A DNA stretch of 64,000 bases from an uncultured Actinomycetota bacterium (GCA_963740815.1 CAVUFG010000018.1:1041426-1105425); one strand, 5' to 3'. Numbered from the stretch's first letter, positions 41,638-53,251 are shown. Notes: generated by a model not told the origin, from the sequence alone. Numbers and translations are program-made.

Positions 41638-42438
41638 TTACGAGCGCAGGGCGAACGCGCTCTCGTACAGGCACACCGACGCCGCGGTCGCGAGGTTCAT
41701 CGACTCCGCATGGCCGTAGATCGGCACGGTGATCGCACGATCCGCCAGGGCGAGGTGCTCGTCGGTCAGACCCCGCGCCTCGTTGCCGAACAGCCACGCG
41801 GTGGGCTTGCCGAGGGTGCCGTCGCGGCGGGCATCCAGCAGGTCGTCGCCCTTGATATCGGCGGCGAGCACCGTGAGTCCCACGCCGCGGAGCTTGTCGA
41901 GTACGGGGCCGAGCTCGGGGGCCATCGCGACCGGGAGGTGGAAGATCGATCCCGTCGTCGCGCGCACGACCTTGGGGTTGTAGAGGTCGACGCTGCGACC
42001 GGTGAGCACGACGGCGTCGGCGCCCGCGGCATCCGCGGCCCGGATGATCGTGCCGGCGTTGCCCGGGTCGCGCACCTCCTCGAGCACGGCGACCAGCCGC
42101 GGACCGTCGGCGAGGATGTCCTTGAGTGCGACCGGGAACTGGCGGCAGACGGCAACGACGCCCTGCGGCGTGACGGTGTCGGCCATCGCCTCGAGCACGT
42201 GCTCGGTGACGAAGTGCGGCTCGAGGTCGGCCGCCTTCGCGGCCTGGGCGAGGTCGGGGTGCTTCTCGAGCGCGGTCGGCGTGACGAACAGCTCCACGAC
42301 CAGCTCGGGCCGGAACGCGAGCGCCTCGGAGACGGCCTGCGGCCCCTCCAGCAGGAAGAGGCCGGTCTCGGCCCTGGCATCCCGCTTGGCGAGCTTCGCC
42401 ACGGAGCGCACGCGCGGCGAACGCGGGTTGTCGATCAC
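41638..42438 (-). CDS. TrmH/SpoU-family RNA methyltransferase
   Basis: [24 protein letters not shown]; TAGGCT-N6-GTG leaderless start. Confidence 0.92.
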   Translation of the reverse strand: MIDNPRSPRVRSVAKLAKRDARAETGLFLLEGPQAVSEALAFRPELVVELFVTPTALEKHPDLAQAAKAADLEPHFVTEHVLEAMADTVTPQGVVAVCRQFPVALKDILADGPRLVAVLEEVRDPGNAGTIIRAADAAGADAVVLTGRSVDLYNPKVVRATTGSIFHLPVAMAPELGPVLDKLRGVGLTVLAADIKGDDLLDARRDGTLGKPTAWLFGNEARGLTDEHLALADRAITVPIYGHAESMNLATAASVCLYESAFALRS

Positions 42439-42484
42439 GGGACCAGCCTACGGGCGGCGCATGAACGGCAGGTGAAGCCCGGCA

Positions 42485-42540
42485 ACGACGAAGGGCGCCG
42501 CGTCGTCTCTCGGGAGATCGGGCGCGACGCCCTTCACGTT
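42485..42540 (-). terminator. Hairpin after rplT
   Basis: GAAGGGCGCCGCG / CGCGACGCCCTTC inverted repeat. Confidence 0.55.
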
Positions 42541-42551
42541 CAGAACGAGTA

Positions 42552-42932
42552 CTACGCCACCTTGGCGTTCACATCGGCGGGCAGCGCGGCCTTGGCGGTC
42601 GCGACGATCGCCGCGAACGTCGCGGGCTCGGTGACCGCGAGGTCGGCGAGGATGCGACGGTCGACCTCGATGCCGGCCAGGTTCAGGCCCTGGATGAAAC
42701 GGTTGTAGGTGAGGCCGTTGGCGCGGGACGCAGCGTTGATGCGCTGGATCCACAGGCGACGGAAGTCGCCCTTGCGCGCACGGCGGTCACGGTACGCGTA
42801 GACGAGGGAGTGGGTGACCTGCTCCTTCGCCTTGCGGTACAGGCGCGAACGCTGGCCGCGGTAGCCGGATGCGCGGTCGAGGATGACGCGGCGCTTCTTG
42901 TGGGCGTTGACGGCCCTCTTCACTCTTGCCAT
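42552..42932 (-). CDS. rplT: 50S ribosomal protein L20
   Basis: [26 protein letters not shown]. Confidence 0.97.
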   Translation of the reverse strand: MARVKRAVNAHKKRRVILDRASGYRGQRSRLYRKAKEQVTHSLVYAYRDRRARKGDFRRLWIQRINAASRANGLTYNRFIQGLNLAGIEVDRRILADLAVTEPATFAAIVATAKAALPADVNAKVA

Positions 42933-42951
42933 GATCTGGTTCCCTTATCCC

Positions 42952-43152
42952 CTACTTGCCCTTGCCGAGCAGACGCTTGATGACCTTCGCGTCCTGCGGC
43001 GCGAGAACGGTCTCGGTGTTGAGGCGGCGCTTGCGCTGCCCGCTCTTCACCTCGAGGTGGTGGCGCATGCCTGCCGGCTGCTTCATGACCTTGCCGGAGC
43101 CGGTCAGCTTGAACCGCTTCTTCGCACCGGAGTGCGTCTTCTGCTTAGGCAT
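42952..43152 (-). CDS. rpmI: 50S ribosomal protein L35
   Basis: [14 protein letters not shown]. Confidence 0.97.
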   Translation of the reverse strand: MPKQKTHSGAKKRFKLTGSGKVMKQPAGMRHHLEVKSGQRKRRLNTETVLAPQDAKVIKRLLGKGK

Positions 43153-43906
43153 CCTTGGTGTCCTCTTCGTCTCGACTGCCTTGGCCGGTTTGGCTGGCTT
43201 GGCGGTCTTGGTTGCTGTCGCGGCTGCGGGTGCAGCCGGTGAGTCTGTGGATGTTGCCGATCGGGGCTTCGGCTGGTGCTTCGGTGGCTGGAGCCTCAGT
43301 TGCCGGGAGCCGGTGTTGCCGGCGTTCAGCGTCCGAGTCGCGGGCCGGCCGCTTGCTGGCCAGTCGCTTCGCGTCCGCTTCGGCCTTCGCCGTTGCCTTC
43401 GTCTTGTGGGGACCGATCACCATGACCATGTTGCGGCCGTCGATCATCGGGGTCGATTCGACCGAACCGAACTCCGCGACATCCTCGGCGAAGCGCTGCA
43501 GCAGTCGAACACCCTGCTCCGGCCGGGACTGCTCACGGCCGCGGAACAGGATCATTGCCTTGACCTTGTCACCCGACTGCAGGAAGCCCTCAGCGCGCTT
43601 GCGCTTGGTCTCGTAATCGTGCTTGTCGATCTTCAACCGGAACCGCACCTCCTTGAGGATGGTGTTGGCCTGGTTGCGCCGTGCTTCCTTCGCCTTCTGC
43701 GCCTCTTCGTACTTGAACTTTCCGTAGTCCATGATCTTGGCCACGGGAGGCTTGGAGTTGGGAGCTACCTCGACCAGATCCAGGTCTGCTTCCTGGGCCA
43801 GCTTGAGGGCGACATCGATGGAGACGACGCCGACCTGCTCACCGCCCGGTCCGACGAGTCGGACTTCCGGAACACGGATTCGGTCATTGGTACGCGGATC
43901 GCTGAT
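43145..43906 (-). CDS. infC: Translation initiation factor IF-3, non-canonical ATC start
   Basis: GAGGAG RBS followed by ATC AGC GAT CCG; [29 protein letters not shown]; tail frame uncertain. Confidence 0.93.
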   Translation of the reverse strand: MSDPRTNDRIRVPEVRLVGPGGEQVGVVSIDVALKLAQEADLDLVEVAPNSKPPVAKIMDYGKFKYEEAQKAKEARRNQANTILKEVRFRLKIDKHDYETKRKRAEGFLQSGDKVKAMILFRGREQSRPEQGVRLLQRFAEDVAEFGSVESTPMIDGRNMVMVIGPHKTKATAKAEADAKRLASKRPARDSDAERRQHRLPATEAPATEAPAEAPIGNIHRLTGCTRSRDSNQDRQASQTGQGSRDEEDTKDA

Positions 43907-44160
43907 GCGGATCTCCTCTTGGTGCAGTTGTGGCACGCCATGCGACGGCGCCGCACGGGCACGATGCGAGGAGGAATCCGTGCTGCCGAAGCACCACGAC
44001 ACCCTGACTCTCGCTCACGCGCGCTTCGCAAAGCGCTCGCAACCGAGGGGGTGCAACTACCCGATAACCTAGGTGCTGTTGAACAACACAAGGCGGCCAG
44101 CAGGTGGGAGAATCTCCACTTTCGTATCCGGGACAGTGCCCCGGAGCCTGTACGAGGATA
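43907..44160 (-). promoter_or_regulatory. Long structured 5' leader of infC-rpmI-rplT (possible L20-responsive leader)
   Basis: TATCCT -10 near 44155-44160; about 240-nt untranslated region with several hairpins and AAGTGGAGATTCTCCCACC. Confidence 0.45.
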
Positions 44161-44192
44161 GCAGAGTCCGGGCCGATGAGCGAAGGACCCTC

Positions 44193-44550
44193 GTGAGCAG
44201 CCCCTACGACGACGACACCAGCGCCGACGACTTCCGCGACATCGCCGCCGTGCCCGCCGTCGAACTCATCAACACCACCGCGGTGCACCTCATGAGCGCG
44301 GCCGCCGTGAAGCTCGGACTCGGTGACACCGAGGATGCCGCGCAGGAGATCGACCTCGACGAGGCCCGCAAGCTCATCACGGTGCTCGCCGGCCTGGTCA
44401 CGGCCGCCGCGCCCGAGATCGGGGATCACCACGCCCGCCCGTTGCGCGACGGGCTGCGGTCGCTCCAGCTCGCGTTCCGCGAGACCAGCATCATTCCCGG
44501 ATGCCCCCGGTCAAGGCCCCGGCGAGAAGTTCACCGGACCGGTCAACTAG
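44193..44550 (+). CDS. DUF1844-like protein (frame break near 44500)
   Basis: RDIAAVPAVE...LMSAAAVKLGL...DLDEARKLI...LRDGLRSLQLAFRE...GPGEKFTGPV; typical position divergent from infC. Confidence 0.82.
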
Positions 44551-45365
44551 CTCAGAACCAGCGTTCGAGTACCTTTGCCACGCCATCGCGGTCGTTCGTG
44601 TCGGTGACCTCGTCGGCCTCGGCCTGCACCGCGGGGTCGGCGTTGCCCATCGCGACGCCATGGCCTGCCCAGCGCAGCATCTCGAGGTCGTTGGGCTGGT
44701 CGCCGAAGGCGATGGCCTGCTCCGGCGTGATCCCCCACTCCCTGCGCCAGCCCGTCGATCACGGTGCCCTTCGAGATGCCGGCGAGGCTGACTTCGATGA
44801 GTCCCGCCACACCGGAGCTCGTGGCCAGGAGCACGTCTGCGTAGCGCTCAGCGAGCACGCGCAGCACCTCGTCGTGGTGTCCCTCCGCCGGACGCACGAG
44901 CAGCTTGATCATCGGCTGGGCGGCGAACTCGGCGAGCGGCATCCGCTGGCGGTCGGTGAGGTGCGGGAACGGGTAGTGCTCCTCGGCGAACATGCCGACT
45001 TCGGTCAGTCCCTCAGCCGCGATCGCGAACTCGGCGCCGCCGGCGCGCAGTTCCTCGGAGAGGGCGATGACGCGTTCGCCGTCGAGCAGGTGGCTATGCA
45101 GCACATCGCCGGTCTCGAGGTCGACGACCAGCGCCCCATTCGCGCACAGCGCGATGGACGAGTGGACGCGGTCCCGCAGGTGGCGCACGAACCGGAGCGG
45201 TCTCCCGGTCGCGATCACCACCCGCGCGCCGGCCGCGGTCGCCCGCTCGAGCACGGCGGCGCTCCGGTCGCTCACCTCGCGGTCGGAACCGAGGAGCGTG
45301 CCGTCGAGGTCGGTGATGATGAGTTTCGGCGTGTCCCGCGGCTCGCGATCCATGGCGTCGCTCAT
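44547..45365 (-). CDS. Cof-type HAD-IIB hydrolase (frame break near 44745)
   Basis: TDLDGTLL, ATGR, ANGA, SKG; AFGDQPND in the second frame. Confidence 0.85.
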   Translation of the reverse strand: MSDAMDREPRDTPKLIITDLDGTLLGSDREVSDRSAAVLERATAAGARVVIATGRPLRFVRHLRDRVHSSIALCANGALVVDLETGDVLHSHLLDGERVIALSEELRAGGAEFAIAAEGLTEVGMFAEEHYPFPHLTDRQRMPLAEFAAQPMIKLLVRPAEGHHDEVLRVLAERYADVLLATSSGVAGLIEVSLAGISKGTVIDGLAQGVGDHAGAGHRLRRPAQRPRDAALGRPWRRDGQRRPRGAGRGRRGHRHERPRWRGKGTRTLVLS

Positions 45366-46127
45366 GCGGTGCCCACGACGCGCACGCCGATCGAGTCCAC
45401 CTTCGCGGCGATGGTCTCGTCGGCGGCCCAGCGTGCGCTCATCCGGGACATCAGGGCGTCGAGGGCGTCCCGGTCGAGGCCGTCCGTGATCGAGAAGTGC
45501 GCGAGCACCTCGGGGCCGGCGAGCCGGGCATCCGGGTCGCCGGGGGCGAGCTGCACGGCGCGGACGGCGGGCTCGGGCGCCGCGGCATCCATGAACGCCC
45601 GCAGGACGTCCTCGTCGAGGTAGGCGGGGCGCCAGGGTTCGCGGCGGGCGATCGCCCACAGCGCGGGACGGCGGATGACGATCTCGGTGGGGCTCGTCGC
45701 ATCCAGCACGACCAGGTCGGTGCCCTCCCCGGCCGCAGCGAGTGCGACGCGCTCCCCCGAGGCCGGGATCGGGCGAGCCGCCGGGTCCCAAGCGCGCATG
45801 GCGTCGACCGAGGTGAAAGCGGGCAGCACGGTGCGGCCGTCCGGGCCTGCGACCGTGACGATCGAGAGCTCCTGCGACTTGTCGATGACGAGACCGGCGT
45901 CGTTCGTTCCTGCGTCGCCGAGCTCGGCGACCAGCGGGATCAGGAGCCGGGCGTCCCGCACCGCATCGACCACTTCGGTCTCACCGAGCTTCTCCGGCGC
46001 GCAGGCGAAGGATCGCCTCGACGAGCCGAGGATCGGCCGAGCCGTCGTCGTTCGCCGCGGGGTTCGGCTCGAAGTGCCGGCCCTCCCAGGGGACGCCGGC
46101 ACTGTCGGCTGCGTGGTCGTCGGCCAA
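45362..46127 (-). CDS. SseB-family protein (frame break near 46005)
   Basis: ADSAGVPWEGR N-terminus, RLLIPLVA, DKSQEL, LPAFTSV. Confidence 0.8.
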
Positions 46128-46133
46128 GCCGAG

Positions 46134-46883
46134 TCAGTCGCTCGCGACGTCGAGCGCCTCGGCGAGCGTGAACGCCTTCGCGTAGAGCGCCTTGCCGACG
46201 ATCGCACCCTCGAGGCCGAGCGGCACGAGCTCGCGGAGGTCGGCGATGTCGTCGAGGGTGGCAACTCCGCCCGAGGCGATGACCGGGCGGACCGTTCGGT
46301 CCATCACGCGGCGGAGCAGGTCGAGGTTCGGGCCCTTGAGGGTGCCGTCCTTGGTCACGTCGGTGACGACGTAGCGGCAGCAGCCGGCCGACTCGAGGCG
46401 ATCCATGACCGTGAACAGGTCGCCGCCCTCCTTGGTCCAGCCCCGCGCCGCGAGGGTGTCGCCGCGCACGTCGAGGCCGACCGCGATCGCCTCGCCGTAC
46501 TCCGCGATCACGTGGGCGGCCCACTCGGGGTTCTCGAGGGCGGCCGTGCCGAGGTTGATGCGCTTCGCGCCGGTGTGCAGCGCGGCCTCGAGGGTCTTGT
46601 CGTCGCGGATGCCGCCCGACAGCTCGATGTTCACGCGCCGTGGCGCCGACTTGATGACCTTCTTGATGACGGCATAGTTGTTGCCGCGACCGAAGGCCGC
46701 GTCGAGGTCGACGAGGTGGATCCACTCGGCGCCCTGATTGATCCAGTCCTGCGCCGCGTTCACCGGGTCGCCGTAGTTGGTCTCGGTGCCGGCCTCGCCC
46801 TGGGTGAGGCGGACCGCCTTGCCGTTCGCCACATCCACCGCGGGAAGCAGGGTGAGCCCTGGGGTGGTGTTGAACTCGCTCAT
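46134..46883 (-). CDS. priA: Bifunctional HisA/TrpF isomerase PriA
   Basis: [44 protein letters not shown]. Confidence 0.95.
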   Translation of the reverse strand: MSEFNTTPGLTLLPAVDVANGKAVRLTQGEAGTETNYGDPVNAAQDWINQGAEWIHLVDLDAAFGRGNNYAVIKKVIKSAPRRVNIELSGGIRDDKTLEAALHTGAKRINLGTAALENPEWAAHVIAEYGEAIAVGLDVRGDTLAARGWTKEGGDLFTVMDRLESAGCCRYVVTDVTKDGTLKGPNLDLLRRVMDRTVRPVIASGGVATLDDIADLRELVPLGLEGAIVGKALYAKAFTLAEALDVASD

Positions 46884-46985
46884 TGCCGTTGTCTCCTGGC
46901 TTTTCGCGGGCGCTGATCGCGCACACGAACATCCGATAGTAGTCCACCGACGTGCGCGGTCACCGCACGCGATCGACCGGTGCGA

Positions 46986-47618
46986 TCAGAGGGTCGCGAG
47001 CCAGTTCCTGAGGAGCTGGATGCCGGCCGCGCCCGACTTCTCGGGGTGGAACTGCGTCGCGGAGAGGGGTCCGTTCTCGACCGCGGCGAGGAACGGCACG
47101 CCGTGCGTCGCCCACGTCAGTTGCGGCTCGGGGAATGGAGGCTGGTGCTCCAACTCCCACGCCTGCGCGGCGTACGAGTGCACGAAGTAGAACCGCTCGT
47201 CGTGCAGGCCCTCGAACAGCACGGACTGCTCGGGCGCGTCGATCGTGTTCCATCCCATGTGGGGCACGATCGGTGCGTCGAGCATGTTCACGGTGCCGGG
47301 CCACTCCCCGAGGCCCTCGGTCTCGACGCCGCGCTCGACGCCGTTCGCGAACAGCACCTGCATGCCGACGCACACGCCGAGCACCGGCCGGCTCGCGATC
47401 AGGCGCTGCTCGATGATCGCGGCGCCGCCGACGCTCTCGACCCCGGCCATCACCGCGGAGAATGCGCCGACGCCGGGCACGACGAGCCCGTCGGCTTCGA
47501 GCGCGCGCGTGCGGTCACGAGTGAGTTCGACGTCGGCGCCCGCGAGCTCGACGGCCTTGGCCGCCGAGTGCACGTTGCCCGAGCCGTAGTCGAGGATGAC
47601 GACGGAAGGCCTGGTCAT
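46986..47618 (-). CDS. hisH: Imidazole glycerol phosphate synthase, glutaminase subunit
   Basis: [33 protein letters not shown]. Confidence 0.95.
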   Translation of the reverse strand: MTRPSVVILDYGSGNVHSAAKAVELAGADVELTRDRTRALEADGLVVPGVGAFSAVMAGVESVGGAAIIEQRLIASRPVLGVCVGMQVLFANGVERGVETEGLGEWPGTVNMLDAPIVPHMGWNTIDAPEQSVLFEGLHDERFYFVHSYAAQAWELEHQPPFPEPQLTWATHGVPFLAAVENGPLSATQFHPEKSGAAGIQLLRNWLATL

Positions 47619-48223
47619 GCCCCGAGCGACCCCTTCGTGGACGGGATGCCCTGCACCCTCGCATCCCGCGCCACAGCGAAGCGGAACGCACGGGCGAAGG
47701 CCTTGAACTCGGCCTCGGCGATGTGGTGCGGATCCCGCCCACCGAGCACCGTGACGTGCAGGGTCATCGCCGCGTTGAAGGCGATCGCCTCGAAGACGTG
47801 CCGCACCATCGATCCGGTGAAGTGACCGCCGATCAGGTGGTGCTCGAACCCGGCCGGCTCGCCGGTGTGCACGAGGTAGGGGCGACCGGAGAGGTCGACC
47901 ACGGCCTGCACGAGGGCCTCGTCGAGCGGCACGATCGCATCGCCGAACCGCGAGATGCCCGACTTGTCGCCGAGCGCCTCGGCGATGGCGCGACCGAGCG
48001 CGATGCCGATGTCCTCGACCGTGTGGTGCACGTCGATCTCGACGTCGCCCTTGGCCCGAACCGTCAGGTCGACGAGGGAGTGCTTCGTGAACGCCGTGAG
48101 CAGGTGGTCGTAGAACGGCACCGAGGTGTCGATGTCGGCCGTGCCCGTGCCGTCGAGGTCGAGCACCAGCTCGATGCTCGACTCGCTCGTCTCGCGGCGA
48201 ATCGTCGCCGTGCGATTGGTCAT
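47615..48223 (-). CDS. hisB: Imidazoleglycerol-phosphate dehydratase
   Basis: [32 protein letters not shown]. Confidence 0.96.
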   Translation of the reverse strand: MTNRTATIRRETSESSIELVLDLDGTGTADIDTSVPFYDHLLTAFTKHSLVDLTVRAKGDVEIDVHHTVEDIGIALGRAIAEALGDKSGISRFGDAIVPLDEALVQAVVDLSGRPYLVHTGEPAGFEHHLIGGHFTGSMVRHVFEAIAFNAAMTLHVTVLGGRDPHHIAEAEFKAFARAFRFAVARDARVQGIPSTKGSLGA

Positions 48224-49314
48224 GGGGCAATCCTAGAGGCGGCGTTCTTCGACAGCCCCGCCATCGCGGCGAGGAACGCCGTGGTCTCGGACTGGCTGCC
48301 CGCGGTGACCCGCAGGTGGTTCGGGATGCCGACGTCGCGGATGATGATCTCCTGCGCGAGCAGTGCCTCGAACGTCGCGCGGGGGTCCGCCACTCCCCCG
48401 AACAGCACGAAGTTCGATGCGCTGTCGTGCACCGGATAGCCGAGTTCTGGCAGTTCGACGAGCATGCGATCGCGTTGCAGCTTAATGTCCTCGACCATCG
48501 CGAGCATCTCGGGTGCGTGCGCGAGCGCCGCGACCGCGGCCGCCTGGGTGAACGCGGACAGGTGGTACGGCAGTCGCACGAGTCGCAGCGCGTCCGTGAT
48601 CGCCGGGTCGGCGGCGAGGTAGCCGAGACGGGCTCCTGCGAAGGCGAAGGCCTTGCTCATCGTTCGCGTGACGATGAGCCTCGGGCGGCCGGCGAGCAGG
48701 GTCAGGGCCGTCGGGCCGTCGGTGAACTCGGCGTACGCCTCATCCACGAGCAGGATGCCGCGCGTCGCCGCATACGCCGCCTCGACCACCTCGAGCTCGA
48801 GTGGCGTCCCCGTCGGGTTGTTGGGCGAGCACAGGAACACGAGGTCCGGATCCTCGCGCTCGATCGCGGCGACCACGGTCGCAGGGCTGAGCCGGTACTC
48901 CGCGTCACGCTCGGCGGTGACCCAGCGCGTGCCCGTTCCGCTCGCGATGATCGAGTGCATCGAGTACGTGGGCGGGAAGCCGAGCACGCTGCGGCCCGGG
49001 CCACCGAATGCCTGCAGCACCTGCTGGAGGATCTCGTTCGAGCCGTTCGCGGCCCAGAGGTTGTCGGCGGTGAGTCCGTGGCCCAGGTACCGTGCGAGCG
49101 ATTCGCGGAGTTCGGTGAACTCCCGGTCCGGGTAGCGGTTGACCCCGAGCACGGCCTCCGCGAGGGCGGCGACGATGTCCGTTGCGACGGCCTCCGGGAT
49201 CGAGTGGGTGTTCTCGTTGACGTTGAGCTGGATGCGCACGTGCTCCTGCGGGGCCCCGTACGGGCTCTCGCCGCGGAGGTCGTCCCGGATGGGCAGGTCG
49301 TCGAGCGAAGTCAC
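48220..49314 (-). CDS. hisC: Histidinol-phosphate aminotransferase
   Basis: LNVNEN, ANGSNE, SPNNPTG, VDEAY, RTMSKAF; TACGAT-N7-GTG leaderless start. Confidence 0.95.
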   Translation of the reverse strand: MTSLDDLPIRDDLRGESPYGAPQEHVRIQLNVNENTHSIPEAVATDIVAALAEAVLGVNRYPDREFTELRESLARYLGHGLTADNLWAANGSNEILQQVLQAFGGPGRSVLGFPPTYSMHSIIASGTGTRWVTAERDAEYRLSPATVVAAIEREDPDLVFLCSPNNPTGTPLELEVVEAAYAATRGILLVDEAYAEFTDGPTALTLLAGRPRLIVTRTMSKAFAFAGARLGYLAADPAITDALRLVRLPYHLSAFTQAAAVAALAHAPEMLAMVEDIKLQRDRMLVELPELGYPVHDSASNFVLFGGVADPRATFEALLAQEIIIRDVGIPNHLRVTAGSQSETTAFLAAMAGLSKNAASRIAP

Positions 49315-49345
49315 CCTCGTAATCGTAGGGCGGCGGCGCGCCGCG

Positions 49346-49720
49346 TTACGGCAGGTACTTCGTCGGGATGGCGAGCTGCTGGCCCGCGAGCACGTCGGCC
49401 GACTCGAGTCGGTTCAGCGCCATGATGTCGGCGATCACGTCACGCGGGTCCGCGTTCGGCGCGATCGTCTCCGCGACCTCCCACAGGCCCTGGCCGGTGT
49501 CGACCGTGACGTAGGTGAGGCCGGCCTCGGTGCCCTCGAGCGTCGCCGTCGCCATACCGCCGTTGAGCGCGAACACGAGCGCGGCGATCACGAGTGGTGC
49601 GGCCGCGAGCGTGGTGAGCACGCCGCGGCCGCGCTTGGTGAGGCGCAGTCGCGGCGCGACGGGACGGGCGCCGATGGAGCGATGTCCAGTGCCGATCATG
49701 TCTACGGTCGCGGTGCTCAC
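49346..49720 (-). CDS. Membrane-anchored LysM protein divergent from lexA (ChiZ/YneA-like division inhibitor by context)
   Basis: RLRLTKRGR, TM helix, LysM (VDTGQGLWEVA...IMALNRL...GQQLAIP); GGAGG RBS before the GTG. Confidence 0.85.
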   Translation of the reverse strand: MSTATVDMIGTGHRSIGARPVAPRLRLTKRGRGVLTTLAAAPLVIAALVFALNGGMATATLEGTEAGLTYVTVDTGQGLWEVAETIAPNADPRDVIADIMALNRLESADVLAGQQLAIPTKYLP

Positions 49721-49821
49721 GATGCTGCCTCCAATGGTTTTCGTATCCGGCACTCGGCCGGGAGGGCCGGATACGAAGTCTTTGTGTGATCTCTGGGTGC
49801 GATGCATCCGAAGATCTGTAC

Positions 49822-49835
49822 CGAACATAGTTTCG
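49822..49835. promoter_or_regulatory. LexA SOS box (one mismatch)
   Basis: CGAAC-ATAG-TTTCG versus the actinobacterial consensus CGAAC-N4-GTTCG. Confidence 0.7.
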
Positions 49836-49856
49836 AATTGCGTCGAAATCAAGTAA

Positions 49857-49956
49857 ATCTTCGAAGATGCCACCGACATTCATGGCGACACACTCGAACA
49901 AGTGTTTGTTTTCGGGCCTTCGAGCGGATACAGTTTCGAATGAGCCACCGACATTC
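49857..49956 (-). promoter_or_regulatory. Two RecA-NDp/PafBC-like motifs facing the LysM gene
   Basis: TGTCGG-N10-GAAGAT (49878-49857) and TGTCGG-N10-GAAACT (49953-49932). Confidence 0.5.
49895..49908. promoter_or_regulatory. LexA SOS box (one mismatch)
   Basis: CGAAC-AAGT-GTTTG upstream of lexA. Confidence 0.75.
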
Positions 49957-49986
49957 GTTCGTGCGGCGAGATCGATCGGAGCAGTC

Positions 49987-50670
49987 ATGGATGCCGAAGA
50001 GCCACGCACTCGTCGTCGCACGAGCCTGAGCGACAAGCAGCTCGCGATCCTCGACGTCATCCAGCGCTCGGTCGCGTCACGCGGCTATCCGCCGAGCATG
50101 CGCGAGATCGGGGATGCCGTCGGCCTCTCCTCGCTCTCGAGCGTGACCCACCAGCTCGGCCAGCTCGAGCTCTCGGGCTACCTGCGCCGCGACCCGAATC
50201 GCCCGCGGGCGATGGAGGTGCTCATCGACCTCCCGGCCATCGAGCCGTCGCTCGACGACGTGCGCGCGGCCGACAGCAACGTCGCATCCATCGGCGATGC
50301 CGTCATGGTCCCGCTCGTCGGTCGCATCGCGGCCGGCATCCCGATCACGGCCGACCAGCAGGTCGACGAGGTGTTCCCACTCCCGCGCCAGCTCACCGGC
50401 AAGGGCAACCTGTTCATGCTCAAGGTCGTCGGCGAGTCGATGATCGACGCCGCGATCTGCGACGGCGACTGGGTGGTCGTGCGCGAGCAGCAGAATGCCG
50501 AGAACGGCGATATCGTCGCGGCCATGCTCGACAGCGAGGCCACGGTCAAGGTGTTCCGCCAGCGCGACGGTCACACCTGGCTGCTGCCGCGCAACTCCAA
50601 CTTCGAGCCGATCCTCGGCGACCACGCCCAGATCCTGGGCAAGGTCGTGACGGTGCTCCGCGCGCTGTAG
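49987..50670 (+). CDS. lexA: SOS repressor LexA
   Basis: [16 protein letters not shown] cleavage site, GESM, ATVK; start ATG 49987 after GGAG. Confidence 0.96.
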   Translation: MDAEEPRTRRRTSLSDKQLAILDVIQRSVASRGYPPSMREIGDAVGLSSLSSVTHQLGQLELSGYLRRDPNRPRAMEVLIDLPAIEPSLDDVRAADSNVASIGDAVMVPLVGRIAAGIPITADQQVDEVFPLPRQLTGKGNLFMLKVVGESMIDAAICDGDWVVVREQQNAENGDIVAAMLDSEATVKVFRQRDGHTWLLPRNSNFEPILGDHAQILGKVVTVLRAL

Positions 50671-50740
50671 TGCACACTCGACGCCCGCCAAGAGCGGGCG
50701 CGCCATTCCGGCACCGGGGAAACGACGCCTTCGGCGCGCC

Positions 50741-50817
50741 CTGAATACGGACATCAGCGCGACATGCCGTTGAGTGCGAGCGACTCGCCACGCACCGTGC
50801 GGAATGTCCGTATCCAG
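50741..50817. repeat. REP-like inverted repeat between the convergent lexA and metE
   Basis: CTGAATACGGACAT (50741-50754) / ATGTCCGTATCCAG (50804-50817), 13/14 match. Confidence 0.6.
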
Positions 50818-50862
50818 CGGCACTCCGGGCCGTCCGCGGCGCCGGGTGCCGGATGGGACGGT

Positions 50863-53195
50863 CTACGCGCCCGCGGCCACCCGCTGGCGGGCAGCGCGCG
50901 TGGCCGCCAGTACGTTGCGCAGCGACTCCACGGTCTCGTCGTAGCCGCGGGTCTTGAGGCCGCAGTCCGGATTGACCCAGACCTGGCGCTCCGGGATCGA
51001 GCCGAGGGCGATCTCGATGAGGTCCGAGACCTCCTCGATCGAGGGCACCCGCGGCGAGTGGATGTCGTACACGCCCGGTCCGATGCCGCGGCCGAAGCCG
51101 CTCGATTTGATCGCGGGCACGACATCCATCTTCGAGCGCGCGGCCTCGATCGACGTGACATCCGCGTCGAGCCCGTTGATCGCGTCGATGACGACGCCGA
51201 ACTCGGAGTAGCAGAGGTGCGTGTGGATCTGCGTCCGGTCCTCGACGCCGGCCGTCGCGAGCCGGAACGAGCCCACGGACCAGTCGAGGTAGTCGGCCTG
51301 GTCGCGCTGCTTGAGCGGGAGGAGTTCGCGGAGGGCCGGTTCATCCACCTGGATGATGCCGATGCCGGCCGACTCGAGGTCCGCGATCTCGTCGCGCAGG
51401 GCGAGGGCGACCTGATTGGCGGTGTCGCGCAGCGGCTGGTCGTCGCGCACGAACGACCACGCGAGGATCGTCACCGGGCCGGTGAGCATGCCCTTGACCG
51501 GCTTCGCGGTGAGGCCCTGCGTGTAGGTCGACCACTCGACGGTCATCGGCGCGGGCCTCGAAACATCGCCCCACAGGATCGACGGGCGGGTGCAGCGCGA
51601 GCCGTAGGACTGCACCCAGCCGTTCTGGGTGACCGCGAACCCGTCGAGCAGCTCGGCGAAGTACTGCACCATGTCGTTGCGCTCCGGCTCGCCGTGCACG
51701 ATGACGTCGAGGCCGATCTCCTCCTGCAGGTCGACGACCCGGCGGATCTCCGCCTTCATCTCGTCGACGTACTGCTGCTGCGTGATCTCGCCCTTCGCCG
51801 CCGCGGCGCGGGCCTTGCGGATGTCGCCGGTCTGCGGGAACGAGCCGATCGTCGTGGTGGGCAGAAACGGGAGGTGCAGGGCATTCTCCTGGGCCGCGAC
51901 ACGTGCGGAGTACTCGCCGCGCGAGAAGTCCGATCCGGCGAGACGCTCGGCCCGGGCTCGGACCGCACCGTCGCGCACGCCGCTCGCGGTGAGGCGGTCG
52001 GTGAGTGCGGCGGATGCGGCATCCAGCTCGCCCTGGATCGCCGCCTTGCCCGACGTCAGCCCCTTCGCGAGCGTCGCGATCTGCCCGACCTTCTGGTCCG
52101 CGAACGCGAGCCAGCTCTTCAACTGGTCGCCGAGCAGCGGCTCATCGTGCACATCGTGCGGCGTGTGGAAGAGCGAGGTGGATGACGCGACCGCCACGTT
52201 CGGGCCGAGCGCCGTCAGCTCCCCGAGCTTCGCGAACGCCCCCGCGAGGTCACCCCGCCAGATGTTGTGGCTGTCGATGACACCGCCGACGAGCACCTTG
52301 TCCGTGCCGGCCCCGCCGATCGACAGCGCGGTCGGCACCGCACCCTTGACGAGGTCGAGGCCGAGGGCCTCGACCGGTGTGTCGAGCAGCACGGGCAGCG
52401 CGTCATCCAGGCTGCCGTACGGGGCGGCCACGAAGATGCTCGGGCGTTCCGCGGCGGCGCCAAGCAGGTCGTACGCGCGCTTCGTCGCGGCGAGCACCGT
52501 CGCGCGGTCGACCTCGAACGACTCGCTCACCAGGGCCGGCTCGTCGAGCTGCACCCATTCCGCGCCCGCCTCGCGCGAGCTTCGCGAGCAGCTCGACGTA
52601 CACCGCGAGCAGGTCGTCGAGGCGGTCGAGCGGGCAGGTACCCAGCGGGAGCGCCCTCGCTCGGCTTGCTGAGCAGCAGGAACGTGACGGGGCCGACGAA
52701 GACGGGCCGAGTGAGGTAGCCGTCAGCCTTCGATTCGAGGAACTCGTCGATGCGACGCAGGGATGCGAGGTGCAGGTGGGTCTCCGGACCGATCTCGGGC
52801 ACGAGGTAGTGGTAGTTGGAGTCGAACCACTTGGTCATCTCGGCGGGCGTGTCCTGACCCTCGCCGCGCGCGATCGTGAAGTAGCCCGGCAGGTCGACGA
52901 CGCCGTCCGAGACGACACGCTCGAAGCGGGTCGGCACGGCGCCGACCGCGATCGCGGTGTCGAGCACGTGGTCGTAGTAGGAGAACGCCTCCGGGATGGA
53001 CGAGTCGTGCTTGCCGAGGCCGAGCGAGGCGAGCCGTTCACGGGTGACCCTGCGGAGTTCCTTCGTCGTCGCCTCGAGTTCGTCGAGGGAGGACCGGCCG
53101 GCCCAGAACGCCTCGACCGCCTTCTTCAGCTCGCGGCGGCGCCCGATGCGCGGGTAGCCGAGGATCGTGCCGGTCGGGAAGTTCGTCGTGCTCAT
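50863..53195 (-). CDS. metE: Cobalamin-independent methionine synthase (frame breaks near 52560-52640)
   Basis: GYPRIG, KWFDSNYHY, TTTIGSFPQT, HGEPERNDMV, HTHLCYS, WVNPDCGLKTR. Confidence 0.95.
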
Positions 53196-53251
53196 GCCGT
53201 GTGCTCCTTGCACCGTGTCCGTTGATCGAGCACCGGTTCGGCTTCGATCGC

